Below, in pieces: positions 51,018-60,800 of a stretch of 64,000 nucleotides of DNA. The translations under genes were made by a program, and so were the position numbers. This DNA comes from Limnochordia bacterium (lineage in GTDB: Bacteria; Bacillota; Limnochordia; DTU080). Location: NCBI GenBank assembly GCA_050951545.1, contig JBMNJG010000006.1, forward strand, positions 96,001 through 160,000, given 5' to 3'. The notes under the pieces were generated by a model that saw nothing but the letters and a program-made list of their open reading frames with translations, was not told where the DNA came from and did not search any database. How positions within the stretch are numbered: the stretch's first letter is position 1; each line of letters opens with the position of its first letter.

Positions 51018-51857
51018 ATGAGTGTCCAAGTCACGTTTCTCGGCACAGCATCCGGTCTGCCTGCCGCAGACAGGTTTGGTCAGACCATCGTCGTCAGCAC
51101 CTCTAAGGCAGACGATAGCTCACCCACACATTTGCTCCTGGACACAGGTGACGGAGCGAGCTCGCTGTTGATGCGCCATGGTCTGAAGCATGGCCATATT
51201 GAGGCCGTCTTCATATCTCACATGCATGCAGACCACCATGGCGGACTGGCGCAAGTGATCAAGACCTGTATGCACACTCACCGCTCGCACCCTCTGACCA
51301 TCGTGGCCCCTGGCGAAGGCATTGCTCCCTTACAGGCCTATCTCGCAGCCAGCTATCTAGTGGCACCCTTTCTGGGCTATGATATTCGCTGGATTTCCAT
51401 AGACGAGTACGTAGGCCTGCCCTGCACCTTGACTGCCGAAGCGCAACTGACAGCCTACGCAAATGATCACATGCGTGGGTACCGTAGACGCCTGAGCCAG
51501 ATCTCTGGGTCATCAGCCTATACCTTCGAGAGCTACAGTGCGGCCCTTGTCGTGGGATCCTCCCGTCTCGTGTATTCGGGTAACCTGGCTGGGGCTCGGG
51601 GCCACGATGAACTGGCCCCTTTTATAGAGCCCTGCGACCTGTTCATCACGGAGCTCGCACATACCGATCCCGGCGAGCTAGGGAGATTTCTGGCACATCG
51701 GGCGATTCAGCATACAGCTGTAGCCCACTTCCATCCCAAGTGGAATGGCGTGAGCGACGAGGAAATCCTCGATCGGATACAACAAGGAGCCGGTGCTACA
51801 GATATCACTGGGAAATTGACCCTGGCCCACGACGGTACGACGATAGGTAGACTGTAA
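51018..51857 (+). CDS. MBL-fold metallo-hydrolase (RNase Z/ElaC/AtsA-like)
   Basis: FLGTASG, LLDTGDG, SHMHADH, HFHP, AHDG. Confidence 0.8.
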   Translation: MSVQVTFLGTASGLPAADRFGQTIVVSTSKADDSSPTHLLLDTGDGASSLLMRHGLKHGHIEAVFISHMHADHHGGLAQVIKTCMHTHRSHPLTIVAPGEGIAPLQAYLAASYLVAPFLGYDIRWISIDEYVGLPCTLTAEAQLTAYANDHMRGYRRRLSQISGSSAYTFESYSAALVVGSSRLVYSGNLAGARGHDELAPFIEPCDLFITELAHTDPGELGRFLAHRAIQHTAVAHFHPKWNGVSDEEILDRIQQGAGATDITGKLTLAHDGTTIGRL

Positions 51858-51873
51858 CCCACCGGGGCCCCGC

Positions 51874-52104
51874 TCACTTGGCGCTGCCCAGAAGGCCAAG
51901 TAGAGCCTCATTAGCCATCTCGAGTCCTCTCATGGGGTTGGGGATGGTAACGCCCATCACTTGCAGTACGCTGAGTACAAAAGCCAACAGCATGAGGGTC
52001 GCGAAGACTGCGAACTCACCGTAGAGCCTATCGCGCAGCAGTGATGGCACCTCATGCCAAGCGATGAGGACGAAGACAACAACCAAACCCAGCAACAGCA
52101 GCAT
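51874..52104 (-). CDS. Small two-TM membrane protein at the end of the ger operon
   Basis: 76 aa hydrophobic ORF with IPNP motif, 13 nt after the gerAC-type gene. Confidence 0.7.
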   Translation of the reverse strand: MLLLLGLVVVFVLIAWHEVPSLLRDRLYGEFAVFATLMLLAFVLSVLQVMGVTIPNPMRGLEMANEALLGLLGSAK

Positions 52105-52117
52105 GATACGACATCCC

Positions 52118-53338
52118 CTAACCTGTAGTTACCCTATCGCTACGGGTAACCAATCCCGTTCGGCGCAGCTTGGCTCGGACATCGACCTCGATATCCATAT
52201 CCGGGAAAAGCAGCTCCTGCCAGCCGTCCTTCACCTTCTCCCAGAGTTTGGGGTTAGAGCGGTAGAGTGATGCGCCAAACCCTAGGTAGTCGGTCTGGAG
52301 CTCTTGTGCTTTGACTACTGCGGCTCGGATCTCCTCTCGGATGGCCTCCGCCATCCGACTTTCCATCGACACCCATAGGTCCGCGCGCTCCGGCTCAATG
52401 AGGCCAGTGGTATCCCCCAGATTGCCTTCGACTTCGATCCGTATTCTGGCGATGAACCGCCCCTCTGTTGGTTCCACCTGACTCTGACAGCGCCCGCGAA
52501 TGATCTCTATTCCAATACTGCTACCTCGAGTAAGCGGATTCTCAATGACAATGAGTCCACTTTTCACTTTGGAACGGACCCAGTTCAGACCCCGCGTCTC
52601 CGATTTATCTAGCCACCCTACGAGGCGATCGCCTTTGAACGCGGCGGCCCCTGTGAACCGTGCAGAAGAGCCGACCTTTTCACGCAGCACCTCGCCCCGG
52701 ATGTCAGCCTCCTGTGGTCGGGGCACGATCTCTACCCGTGAGGCCACAGCGTTGCTGCCAACTGTTTCCAAGAGTTGCACAAACTCGTTAAGCCGGATGG
52801 TCACCACGGTTGAGAGCGTGATGGAAGCATTGTCAAGAACGCCTCGCCCGCCTTCAGAGGGCTGGCGCTCCAACTCAAACTGTGTCTGTAGCATTTCCGA
52901 GGCCGCTGCTCCCTTGGCCACGGCCACTTGCACCGTGCGCCTGGCCTCCCCATCCCTTGACCACAGATCGAGAGCCGACAGGATCCCCTCTCGAGCGAAA
53001 TCCTCTCCGAACAGGAGCCAGCGGTTGTGAGCGAAAAACAGGCGCCTCGGTGATTGGCTATTACCGTTACGTATAGCGTCAAACACAGTCTCTCCCGTGC
53101 TACTCAGGATCCATATGGGAGACTCCTGGGGCGTACCTTTTTCCCCACCGCCGATGGCAAAGGGTTTGGCGACTAGCATGGTGAGCTGAATCTTACCTTC
53201 CTCTTGTGCCTTGTCAATGCCCACCGCCATTACAAAACCCAGAGTCTCGATCTCTCGCCCATTCCAACAACCCGAGACCGACCAGGCGAGGGACAGCCAC
53301 AGCAAAATGAGTGGTAGCCGCCTGCGCAAAAAGCCCAC
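52118..53338 (-). CDS. Spore germination receptor Ger(x)C lipoprotein
   Basis: lipobox SGCW.. REIE, AVGID, GETVFDA, G.A.FKGD.LVG.L, TDYLGFG. Confidence 0.9.
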   Translation of the reverse strand: MGFLRRRLPLILLWLSLAWSVSGCWNGREIETLGFVMAVGIDKAQEEGKIQLTMLVAKPFAIGGGEKGTPQESPIWILSSTGETVFDAIRNGNSQSPRRLFFAHNRWLLFGEDFAREGILSALDLWSRDGEARRTVQVAVAKGAAASEMLQTQFELERQPSEGGRGVLDNASITLSTVVTIRLNEFVQLLETVGSNAVASRVEIVPRPQEADIRGEVLREKVGSSARFTGAAAFKGDRLVGWLDKSETRGLNWVRSKVKSGLIVIENPLTRGSSIGIEIIRGRCQSQVEPTEGRFIARIRIEVEGNLGDTTGLIEPERADLWVSMESRMAEAIREEIRAAVVKAQELQTDYLGFGASLYRSNPKLWEKVKDGWQELLFPDMDIEVDVRAKLRRTGLVTRSDRVTTG

Positions 53339-53347
53339 TATGGGATC

Positions 53348-54484
53348 CTACCTCCCATTCGCCTCAGCCCGATGGCCCCTGAGGAGCCGGGCTAGGCTTA
53401 GTATCGTCATGTAGCTTACGAGAGCCACGATGATGCACACACCACTCCCCCTCGGGTCCACCATCATCTCAACATCGGTGATGTTCTTGAAGAGCGACAA
53501 ACCTAAGCTGACTGTGAGTACACCGAGTGGGTAGACCAAGGGCTGATAGCGCTGTAGGCCAAAGACCTGCGCCAATCCGGCGGCGCTGGCCCATATGAAG
53601 CAAGCGATCTTGATACCAGCGCTGACAGTCCAGACCCCCATAGGAATGACCTCAACTCTCTCGAGGAAGCCGCCTACTGAGATCATCCGTCCAAGACTGA
53701 AGGCTGGGAGCGTAAGGGACGGCGCCAACACTCCGAAAACAGCCACCAAGACGGCAGCGAAGCCTACCCCCACGAGGCCAGCGGCGCCTACAGCATAGAG
53801 GCTGAAGCGTCTGGCATCAGAAGGACAAGTGAGGAAAGGCATGATCATCCCCACGACAATGGTCTCCAGGAAAATGATCCATGAGGTGCCCGCCTCCCCA
53901 ACCGCTGCCCCCAGGCCGCCTGGGAGCACAGGTCTCAGGTTTTCGACCTTCATAGCGTTGGCCGGAAGAACAAGCACCAGGAGGGCAAAGAAGAGCACCA
54001 TCCAAAACACGCTCTCTGCCATACGCCCTACCACCTCCAAGCCACCGTGGGCAGCGTTGGCCCCGAGGAAAACCATGACAGCCATGACTATCACGATAGG
54101 AGTCTCAGGCATGATAGCCACAGCGTAAGCCTCACCTATGGCCCTAGCAGTCGTGGCCGCCTTGCCAAGAAAGAAGAGGATGAGTCCCAGACCGAGAAGC
54201 TTGCCCACGACCTTTCCGAAGAGGATCTCGCTGTATTCCACAATGGTTTTGCCGGGAAAGGACAGTCCAAGCCACACGATCCATAGAGCCACAGGTATCG
54301 TAGCCAGCACCGAGAGTAGCACGGCAATCCAGCCATCTTGCGGGATGGGGATACCTGTGATGGCCGGAAAGGTGACGGTGATCGGGACCATGCGGGCCAG
54401 AAAGAGCATCGCCATCAGCTGATGACCCTGAATGAGGCCCTGCTCCACCTCATGAATAGGCGTTGGCTCGGCGCCCTTGCTCAT
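53348..54484 (-). CDS. Spore germination receptor GerAB-type permease
   Basis: multi-TM, QDGWI, FPGKTIVE, MPETP, FLERVE. Confidence 0.9.
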   Translation of the reverse strand: MSKGAEPTPIHEVEQGLIQGHQLMAMLFLARMVPITVTFPAITGIPIPQDGWIAVLLSVLATIPVALWIVWLGLSFPGKTIVEYSEILFGKVVGKLLGLGLILFFLGKAATTARAIGEAYAVAIMPETPIVIVMAVMVFLGANAAHGGLEVVGRMAESVFWMVLFFALLVLVLPANAMKVENLRPVLPGGLGAAVGEAGTSWIIFLETIVVGMIMPFLTCPSDARRFSLYAVGAAGLVGVGFAAVLVAVFGVLAPSLTLPAFSLGRMISVGGFLERVEVIPMGVWTVSAGIKIACFIWASAAGLAQVFGLQRYQPLVYPLGVLTVSLGLSLFKNITDVEMMVDPRGSGVCIIVALVSYMTILSLARLLRGHRAEANGR

Positions 54485-56160
54485 CGCGGATCCTCCTGCC
54501 TTCTGGATGTAGGCGGTTCTGGCCGTAGATCTCTTCCCTGTCTACGGGTACCACTCTTCTGCCCCACTAGTCTGGGTCGCCTATCCATTCGCCACCAGGG
54601 CACACGGATGAGCGCATCTTTAAGATCAGTGACCATGACTGGCCCCAGTGGTTCGGCGTAGGGTACACCGAGCGAACGAAGAGAGATCAGGTGAACTTGA
54701 AGAGCGAACAGGCCAGCAATCACCCCAAAGAGGCCCAGAGCACCAGCGAGCACAAGGAAGCCGAACCGTAGTAGTCGAGGTGCCGTACCAAAGCTGAAAA
54801 CTGGCACGGAAAACGAGGCAATCCCCGTAGCAGCGACTACCACCACCATGATCGGTGAGACCAGGCCAGCCCGGATGGCAGCATCGCCCAAGACCAAGGC
54901 TCCGATGATGCTGATTGCTGGCCCGACGATACGCGGCAAGCGCACTCCGGCTTCCCGCATCAGCTCAAAGAGCACCTCTATCACGAGTGCCTCAATCACT
55001 GTCGGAAACGGGACACCTTCGCGCTGCGAGGCGATGTTAAGTATGAGTGAGGTCGGTAACATCTCCTGATGAAAAGTGACAATCGCTACGTATACGGGGG
55101 TTAGCACAAGCGATGCAACAAAAGCCGCGAAACGCAGAGCCCGTAGGGCGCTGGCAAGGAGAAAACCGCTGAAGTAATCCTCTGGAGTCCCCAGGAACAT
55201 GGTTAGTGTAGCGGGAGCCACCAACTGAAAGGATGACCCATCCGTCATGACCACTATCCGGCCCTCAAGCAAAGCACCACTAACGCGGTCCGGCCGCTCA
55301 GTCGGCATCCACGTTGGGAAAGGCGAGTAGGGAGCGTCACGGATGAACTCCTCGAGCTGACCACTGGCCTGGATAGCGTCGACGTTAATCCGCTGTAGCC
55401 TATCACGGACCTCCTGGACGACTCGCTCATCAGCCAATCCGGCCACGTACACCAAGGCTACCGCGGTCTGACTGACGCGCCCCAATCGGTGTTCCTCGAT
55501 CCGCAAGCGAGAACTGCCGATCCGCCTACGCACCAAGGCAGTGTTGGTACGCAGGCTCTCGACAAACCCTTCCTTGATTCCTCGAATGGTGGGCTCGTTG
55601 ACAGGTTCCTCAACGGTCCTTTCTTTCCAGCCACTTGTGCCCAAGATCAGAGCGCTAGAAACACCCTGTATCATGAGAGCCGAGTCACCAGCACCAAGAG
55701 CTACCAAAACCCGTACCCAAGTGTGCGCTTCCTCCGATACGTCTGCGACTGCCAACAGACGCTCCTTCAGGTATTGATAGGCTTCCTGGCCGCTGCTCCA
55801 CGACGCCTCAGTCTGAGTGATAGGTAGGAGCACCGACTTTGTCAGATACTGCTTATCGGTAAGGCCGTCAATCGAGACCAAGAGAGCATGCGTATCGCCA
55901 TCTCTGCCAATCCGCAAGTGCCGGACTCGCAGATCCTCGCTGTGACCAAACTCCGCCTGGACGCGGGCTGCATTAACATCTAACTGCGGTGAGAGGCGCT
56001 CGCCCTGCTTATCGCAGCTCTGCCTGTCTTCGTTCTGTTTGTCCTTTCTGTGCCTGGCCTCGTCCTGGCTGCGCTGCCTTGTCTCAGGCGCGCCCTGCGA
56101 GCCAGTGGCGCCCCTCTTGCGGCGCCGAAGTAGCTTCCGCAGCTTTCTCAACATCGACAC
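54481..56160 (-). CDS. Spore germination receptor GerAA-type subunit
   Basis: RGIKEGFVE, TERPDR, LLEGR, REGVPFP, EAGVRLP, GALVLGDAAI. Confidence 0.93.
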   Translation of the reverse strand: MSMLRKLRKLLRRRKRGATGSQGAPETRQRSQDEARHRKDKQNEDRQSCDKQGERLSPQLDVNAARVQAEFGHSEDLRVRHLRIGRDGDTHALLVSIDGLTDKQYLTKSVLLPITQTEASWSSGQEAYQYLKERLLAVADVSEEAHTWVRVLVALGAGDSALMIQGVSSALILGTSGWKERTVEEPVNEPTIRGIKEGFVESLRTNTALVRRRIGSSRLRIEEHRLGRVSQTAVALVYVAGLADERVVQEVRDRLQRINVDAIQASGQLEEFIRDAPYSPFPTWMPTERPDRVSGALLEGRIVVMTDGSSFQLVAPATLTMFLGTPEDYFSGFLLASALRALRFAAFVASLVLTPVYVAIVTFHQEMLPTSLILNIASQREGVPFPTVIEALVIEVLFELMREAGVRLPRIVGPAISIIGALVLGDAAIRAGLVSPIMVVVVAATGIASFSVPVFSFGTAPRLLRFGFLVLAGALGLFGVIAGLFALQVHLISLRSLGVPYAEPLGPVMVTDLKDALIRVPWWRMDRRPRLVGQKSGTRRQGRDLRPEPPTSRRQEDPR

Positions 56161-56212
56161 CTGACACCCCCGACCAATCGGGAAGCCGAAAGACTTCCTG
56201 CAGGAACAGATT

Positions 56213-56242
56213 TAGGCTCTCCAGCTCGGTGTCGAGTTATGC
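56213..56242 (-). promoter_or_regulatory. Possible forespore SigF/SigG-type promoter of the ger operon
   Basis: minus strand GCATA-N15-GGAGAGCCTA resembles GYATA-N15-GGnnAnAnTR. Confidence 0.4.
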
Positions 56243-56253
56243 TGTACACGCGA

Positions 56254-56279
56254 CAATGACCGCCTCTCGGCGGTCATTG
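56254..56279 (-). terminator. Hairpin downstream of SBP gene
   Basis: CAATGACCGCC-TCTC-GGCGGTCATTG perfect 11-bp stem. Confidence 0.65.
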
Positions 56280-56303
56280 CGGTCATAAACTCTCTGCCAC
56301 TGC

Positions 56304-57587
56304 CTACGGCTCAGCAGCTATCAAGCGCTCGGCCATGGGCCGAATCTGCTCGATGGCAGCACTCGCTGGCATAGCACCGCTTCCTATTCGCGTCAGTGCA
56401 GGTCCTATGGTATTCACCATGATTTCATCCCATTGCAGTAGATGAGGCAGGGGCCTTCCGTGCTCAGATGCGTACAAGAGCGTGATATCACGCAGACTGG
56501 CGGGCTGGGTCCCTATGGGCTGGAAGATATTCCAGAGCCTTCGCTCACGCGTCTGCGGTGGAAAACGCTTATTGCTGACATAGATCCCATGCCCGGGACT
56601 TTCCGGCCCTAGCAGAAACTGTAGAAAAGCCCATGCCTCCTCCAGCTTGTCCGTTGTCGAGCTGATGGACATCGCGTTTGCCTTCCAGATGCCCTTCTGA
56701 CCGCCGGGACCGCCCGGGGGCAGGGTTACATCCCACTCAAACGGGCGCTCCAGTTTGGTGACCGAGGGAAAGCCTGCAGGGTACATCACGGTGAGCGAGC
56801 GCGTCTGCCGCTCAAAGTCACCGCCCACAACGCCATGAACCAGGTTCAGATCAGCTAGCCACTGCAACGCTTCTATGGTGGCTGGCTCGGCAAGACGGAA
56901 CTGCTTGCTAGTTTCGTCCATCACATCACCGCCCGCCCCCCAAACCCACGGCCACACGCTGCCCCACGACAGGTAACCACCAGTACCCCAGCGAATCGTA
57001 CGTTCCCCGTCGCTCTTAGTGAGCTTGCGCATGTACTCTAAGAAAGTATCGCGGCTCCAATGCTGGTCGGGCCTCGTCAGCCCCGCTTCGGCCACATGAT
57101 CAGCGTTATATACATAGTATTGCGGTGCCGAGCAATAAGGCAAGCCGTAGGTCTTCCCCCGATACTGCACGTCTAGCAAAGCCACGGGGAAATACTCTCG
57201 CATGTCGATGCTACGAGTCTGAGCTATCAAATCGTCAAGAGGCCGAATCATGTTGTTGGTCACGAACTCTGCGGTATAGTAGCCATCGACGACATAGACA
57301 TCAGGGGCCAATCCCCCCGCCGTCAGGACCTTCATCTTGGGATGGTGCTCCCCGTAAGTGGATCCAATGTACTCAATCTTGATATCAGGGTTCATCTTCT
57401 CAAAGGTGGCTATCAGTTCCTGATCTATGGGCGCAGGTCCCCAGGTCGCCCACTGCAACGTCACGGTCTTGGCTGAGCTACCGAGCACAACCACACACAA
57501 CAGCGAAACCACGGCAACGTACTGCAAACGACGGCATAGCAAACTCAACAATTCCCCAGTCTCCCTTCGCTTTTCTTGGTCTGTCAA
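56304..57587 (-). CDS. ABC transporter solute-binding protein, family 1
   Basis: signal peptide, FEKMNPDIKIE, AGGLAPDV, GKTYGLP, EEAWAFLQF. Confidence 0.9.
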   Translation of the reverse strand: MTDQEKRRETGELLSLLCRRLQYVAVVSLLCVVVLGSSAKTVTLQWATWGPAPIDQELIATFEKMNPDIKIEYIGSTYGEHHPKMKVLTAGGLAPDVYVVDGYYTAEFVTNNMIRPLDDLIAQTRSIDMREYFPVALLDVQYRGKTYGLPYCSAPQYYVYNADHVAEAGLTRPDQHWSRDTFLEYMRKLTKSDGERTIRWGTGGYLSWGSVWPWVWGAGGDVMDETSKQFRLAEPATIEALQWLADLNLVHGVVGGDFERQTRSLTVMYPAGFPSVTKLERPFEWDVTLPPGGPGGQKGIWKANAMSISSTTDKLEEAWAFLQFLLGPESPGHGIYVSNKRFPPQTRERRLWNIFQPIGTQPASLRDITLLYASEHGRPLPHLLQWDEIMVNTIGPALTRIGSGAMPASAAIEQIRPMAERLIAAEP

Positions 57588-57832
57588 CCCTTTCGTCGCA
57601 TCGCCAGTTGCCTACAGTTGGGTACCAACTCCGTAACTTCGAGACGATTGCCATCCGGACACGTAACCCAATAAGACCTCCGTCTCCGCCCGTACGAGGC
57701 TCACCGGTGATCTTCTGCCCTCCAAGAAGCGTGACCTATATGAAATTCCTCATCAAAACAAAGAAACCTTTGAAGGACAACAGATCAGGGGCCAGAGTCG
57801 AAAAGGGAGGCACTTGGGGATCCAGTTGCTCC

Positions 57833-60800
57833 ATCCCGATTCTAGGTGTGTGGGGGAGCCTATGCACTGAGCTGGAACAATGGTCCGGTGTCGGGTCAAT
57901 CCCCGCGTGTGCGGGGGAGCCCGCAGACGCCAAGATTCGGCTCGGCAGTTATGGGGTCAATCCCCGCGTGTGCGGGGGAGCCCGAAATGGCAATGCAGCT
58001 GCAGAAGCAGGACGAGGTCAATCCCCGCGTGTGCGGGGGAGCCGAGTGAGACAAGAACAAAAGGAGGCGCCACAACGGTCAATCCCCGCGTGTGCGGGGG
58101 AGCCCTCCAGGCACAGAGTATGGATCATCACACCCGCGGTCAATCCCCGCGTGTGCGGGGGAGCCGTAGGGTTCGGGGGCGTGGGGAGGTATGGGACGGG
58201 TCAATCCCCGCGTGTGCGGGGGAGCCACCGAGTTCAGGACTGAACAGGAAACAGACAGAGGTCAATCCCCGCGTGTGCGGGGGAGCCCGCTGGTGATCAG
58301 GATGGGTTTGCCGATCACGCGGTCAATCCCCGCGTGTGCGGGGGAGCCGCACCCACCAACAGAGTCGAAGCCGTCCCATAGGGTCAATCCCCGCGTGTGC
58401 GGGGGAGCCACGTCACCGGTATAGGCGTCTATTACTCGCATCGGTCAATCCCCGCGTGTGCGGGGGAGCCATCCAGCGAGACGCAAAGAAGTATGGCCCG
58501 AGGGGTCAATCCCCGCGTGTGCGGGGGAGCCTACTTTGAGCCAACCCCAGTCATTCTAGATATGGGTCAATCCCCGCGTGTGCGGGGGAGCCTTCTCCCA
58601 GACGATAGCGTGCTTGCTTCGCCAGGGTCAATCCCCGCGTGTGCGGGGGAGCCGAGATCGACAAGCAGTACGCCATCCTGCAAGAGGGTCAATCCCCGCG
58701 TGTGCGGGGGAGCCTCGGCGACTACGACCCGGAAGTAGGAGCCTGGAGGTCAATCCCCGCGTGTGCGGGGGAGCCACGGTCGAGCCGTCAATCGTCACGG
58801 CGAAATAGGGTCAATCCCCGCGTGTGCGGGGGAGCCACATGCCCTTTTGGTACCTTGCGGCCATGGTGCGGTCAATCCCCGCGTGTGCGGGGGAGCCTTC
58901 GGGTTTATTCGAAACAACTCGGTGCGTAAGGGTCAATCCCCGCGTGTGCGGGGGAGCCGTATATCACCGAGCCTACGGTTCGAGCATAAGCGGTCAATCC
59001 CCGCGTGTGCGGGGGAGCCTTGGGTATGGGCAGTTGTTTCGTGGCCTTCAAGGGTCAATCCCCGCGTGTGCGGGGGAGCCTTACGCTGGCGTTGGCCAAC
59101 AGCAGAACAGAGAGGTCAATCCCCGCGTGTGCGGGGGAGCCAGGCCTGGAACCTCCCAAGGGTAATGCGGCTGAGGTCAATCCCCGCGTGTGCGGGGGAG
59201 CCGCTCGTACTTCCGCCCCTCACAGCGGAAACACCGGTCAATCCCCGCGTGTGCGGGGGAGCCGGCTGGTATAGCGACGGGTCATACCGATCCTGGGGTC
59301 AATCCCCGCGTGTGCGGGGGAGCCCCAAGCAGGGCATCACCATACACCCCAGCGTGAGGCCAATCCCCGCGTGTGCGGGGGAGCCGGTCCTCACACTAAC
59401 GCCGACCAGCATAACGGAGGTCAATCCCCGCGTGTGCGGGGGAGCCGTAACGATCGACGGCTCGACCGTGCGTCTCACAGGTCAATCCCCGCGTGTGCGG
59501 GGGAGCCATCTAAGGGATTTGGGGTGCGCGCTCGCTCACGGGTCAATCCCCGCGTGTGCGGGGGAGCCGGCCTTTTAGCTGGTGTTTTGTTCCCGCATAT
59601 GGGTCAATCCCCGCGTGTGCGGGGGGAGCCGCTAGCAGGCACGGCGCGTTCATTGTCCGGACGACGTAGGCGGTCAATCCCCGCGTGTGCGGGGGAGCCA
59701 GCCCCTTGGCGCGCAGATAGGCAAACAACTCCGGTCAATCCCCGCGTGTGCGGGGGAGCCGTGGAGTGATGGCAAGGCACGAGACAAGTAGCGGGTCAAT
59801 CCCCGCGTGTGCGGGGGAGCCTGCCGCGAGTACGAGGCCGACGACTGTGAGGCAGGTCAATCCCCGCGTGTGCGGGGGAGCCCGGGAAGCGATACTCGGA
59901 AATAGCGGTCCCACCGGTCAATCCCCGCGTGTGCGGGGGAGCCCACACCCAGTACGTAGGCCCGCACAAAGTACAGGGTCAATCCCCGCGTGTGCGGGGG
60001 AGCCCACGCTTTACGATCGACACGGAGACAGACAGATGGTCAATCCCCGCGTGTGCGGGGGAGCCTATAGTCGGTGCCCTGGTCGGTAGCACCTGTGAGG
60101 TCAATCCCCGCGTGTGCGGGGGAGCCTGTGATGGAAGCTGATAGAGTGCAAGTGCCCAGGGTCAATCCCCGCGTGTGCGGGGGAGCCATGCTTCGTTCTG
60201 CGAGTGCTTCGCCTATCACAGGTCAATCCCCGCGTGTGCGGGGGAGCCCCCCAGATCACGCGCTCTGCAGGTACAGCAGCCGGTCAATCCCCGCGTGTGC
60301 GGGGGAGCCGCAGGACAAGCCTAGCCAAGGGGATCGGCATCGGGTCAATCCCCGCGTGTGCGGGGGAGCCATACTCCAAATGCCCCACCAGCGTGTCGAA
60401 GGCGGTCAATCCCCGCGTGTGCGGGGGAGCCCCATACCACGCGAGCCCCATCCAACCCAACGCGGGTCAATCCCCGCGTGTGCGGGGGAGCCTACAGAAC
60501 GAAGAGATAGAGTGCTGGCGCAACGGGTCAATCCCCGCGTGTGCGGGGGAGCCCAACGCGGGTGAGCTCATCAGCCCGAGCTGTGAGGTCAATCCCCGCG
60601 TGTGCGGGGGAGCCGCTTCCATCCACGTTGTACCAGCACCTGTTTGAGGTCAATCCCCGCGTGTGCGGGGGAGCCAAAAAAATCTGTCTCTCATCGCACT
60701 GGAAATATGGTCAATCCCCGCGTGTGCGGGGGAGCCCCTTCTGACCAAGCGCAGAACCTTGTATGCGCAGGTCAATCCCCGCGTGTGCGGGGGAGCCCGG

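Noticed and set aside
100-57600. Numerous antisense and alternate-frame ORFs of 60-270 aa overlapping called genes
   Set aside because: Shadow ORFs expected at this GC content; no motifs or RBS support.
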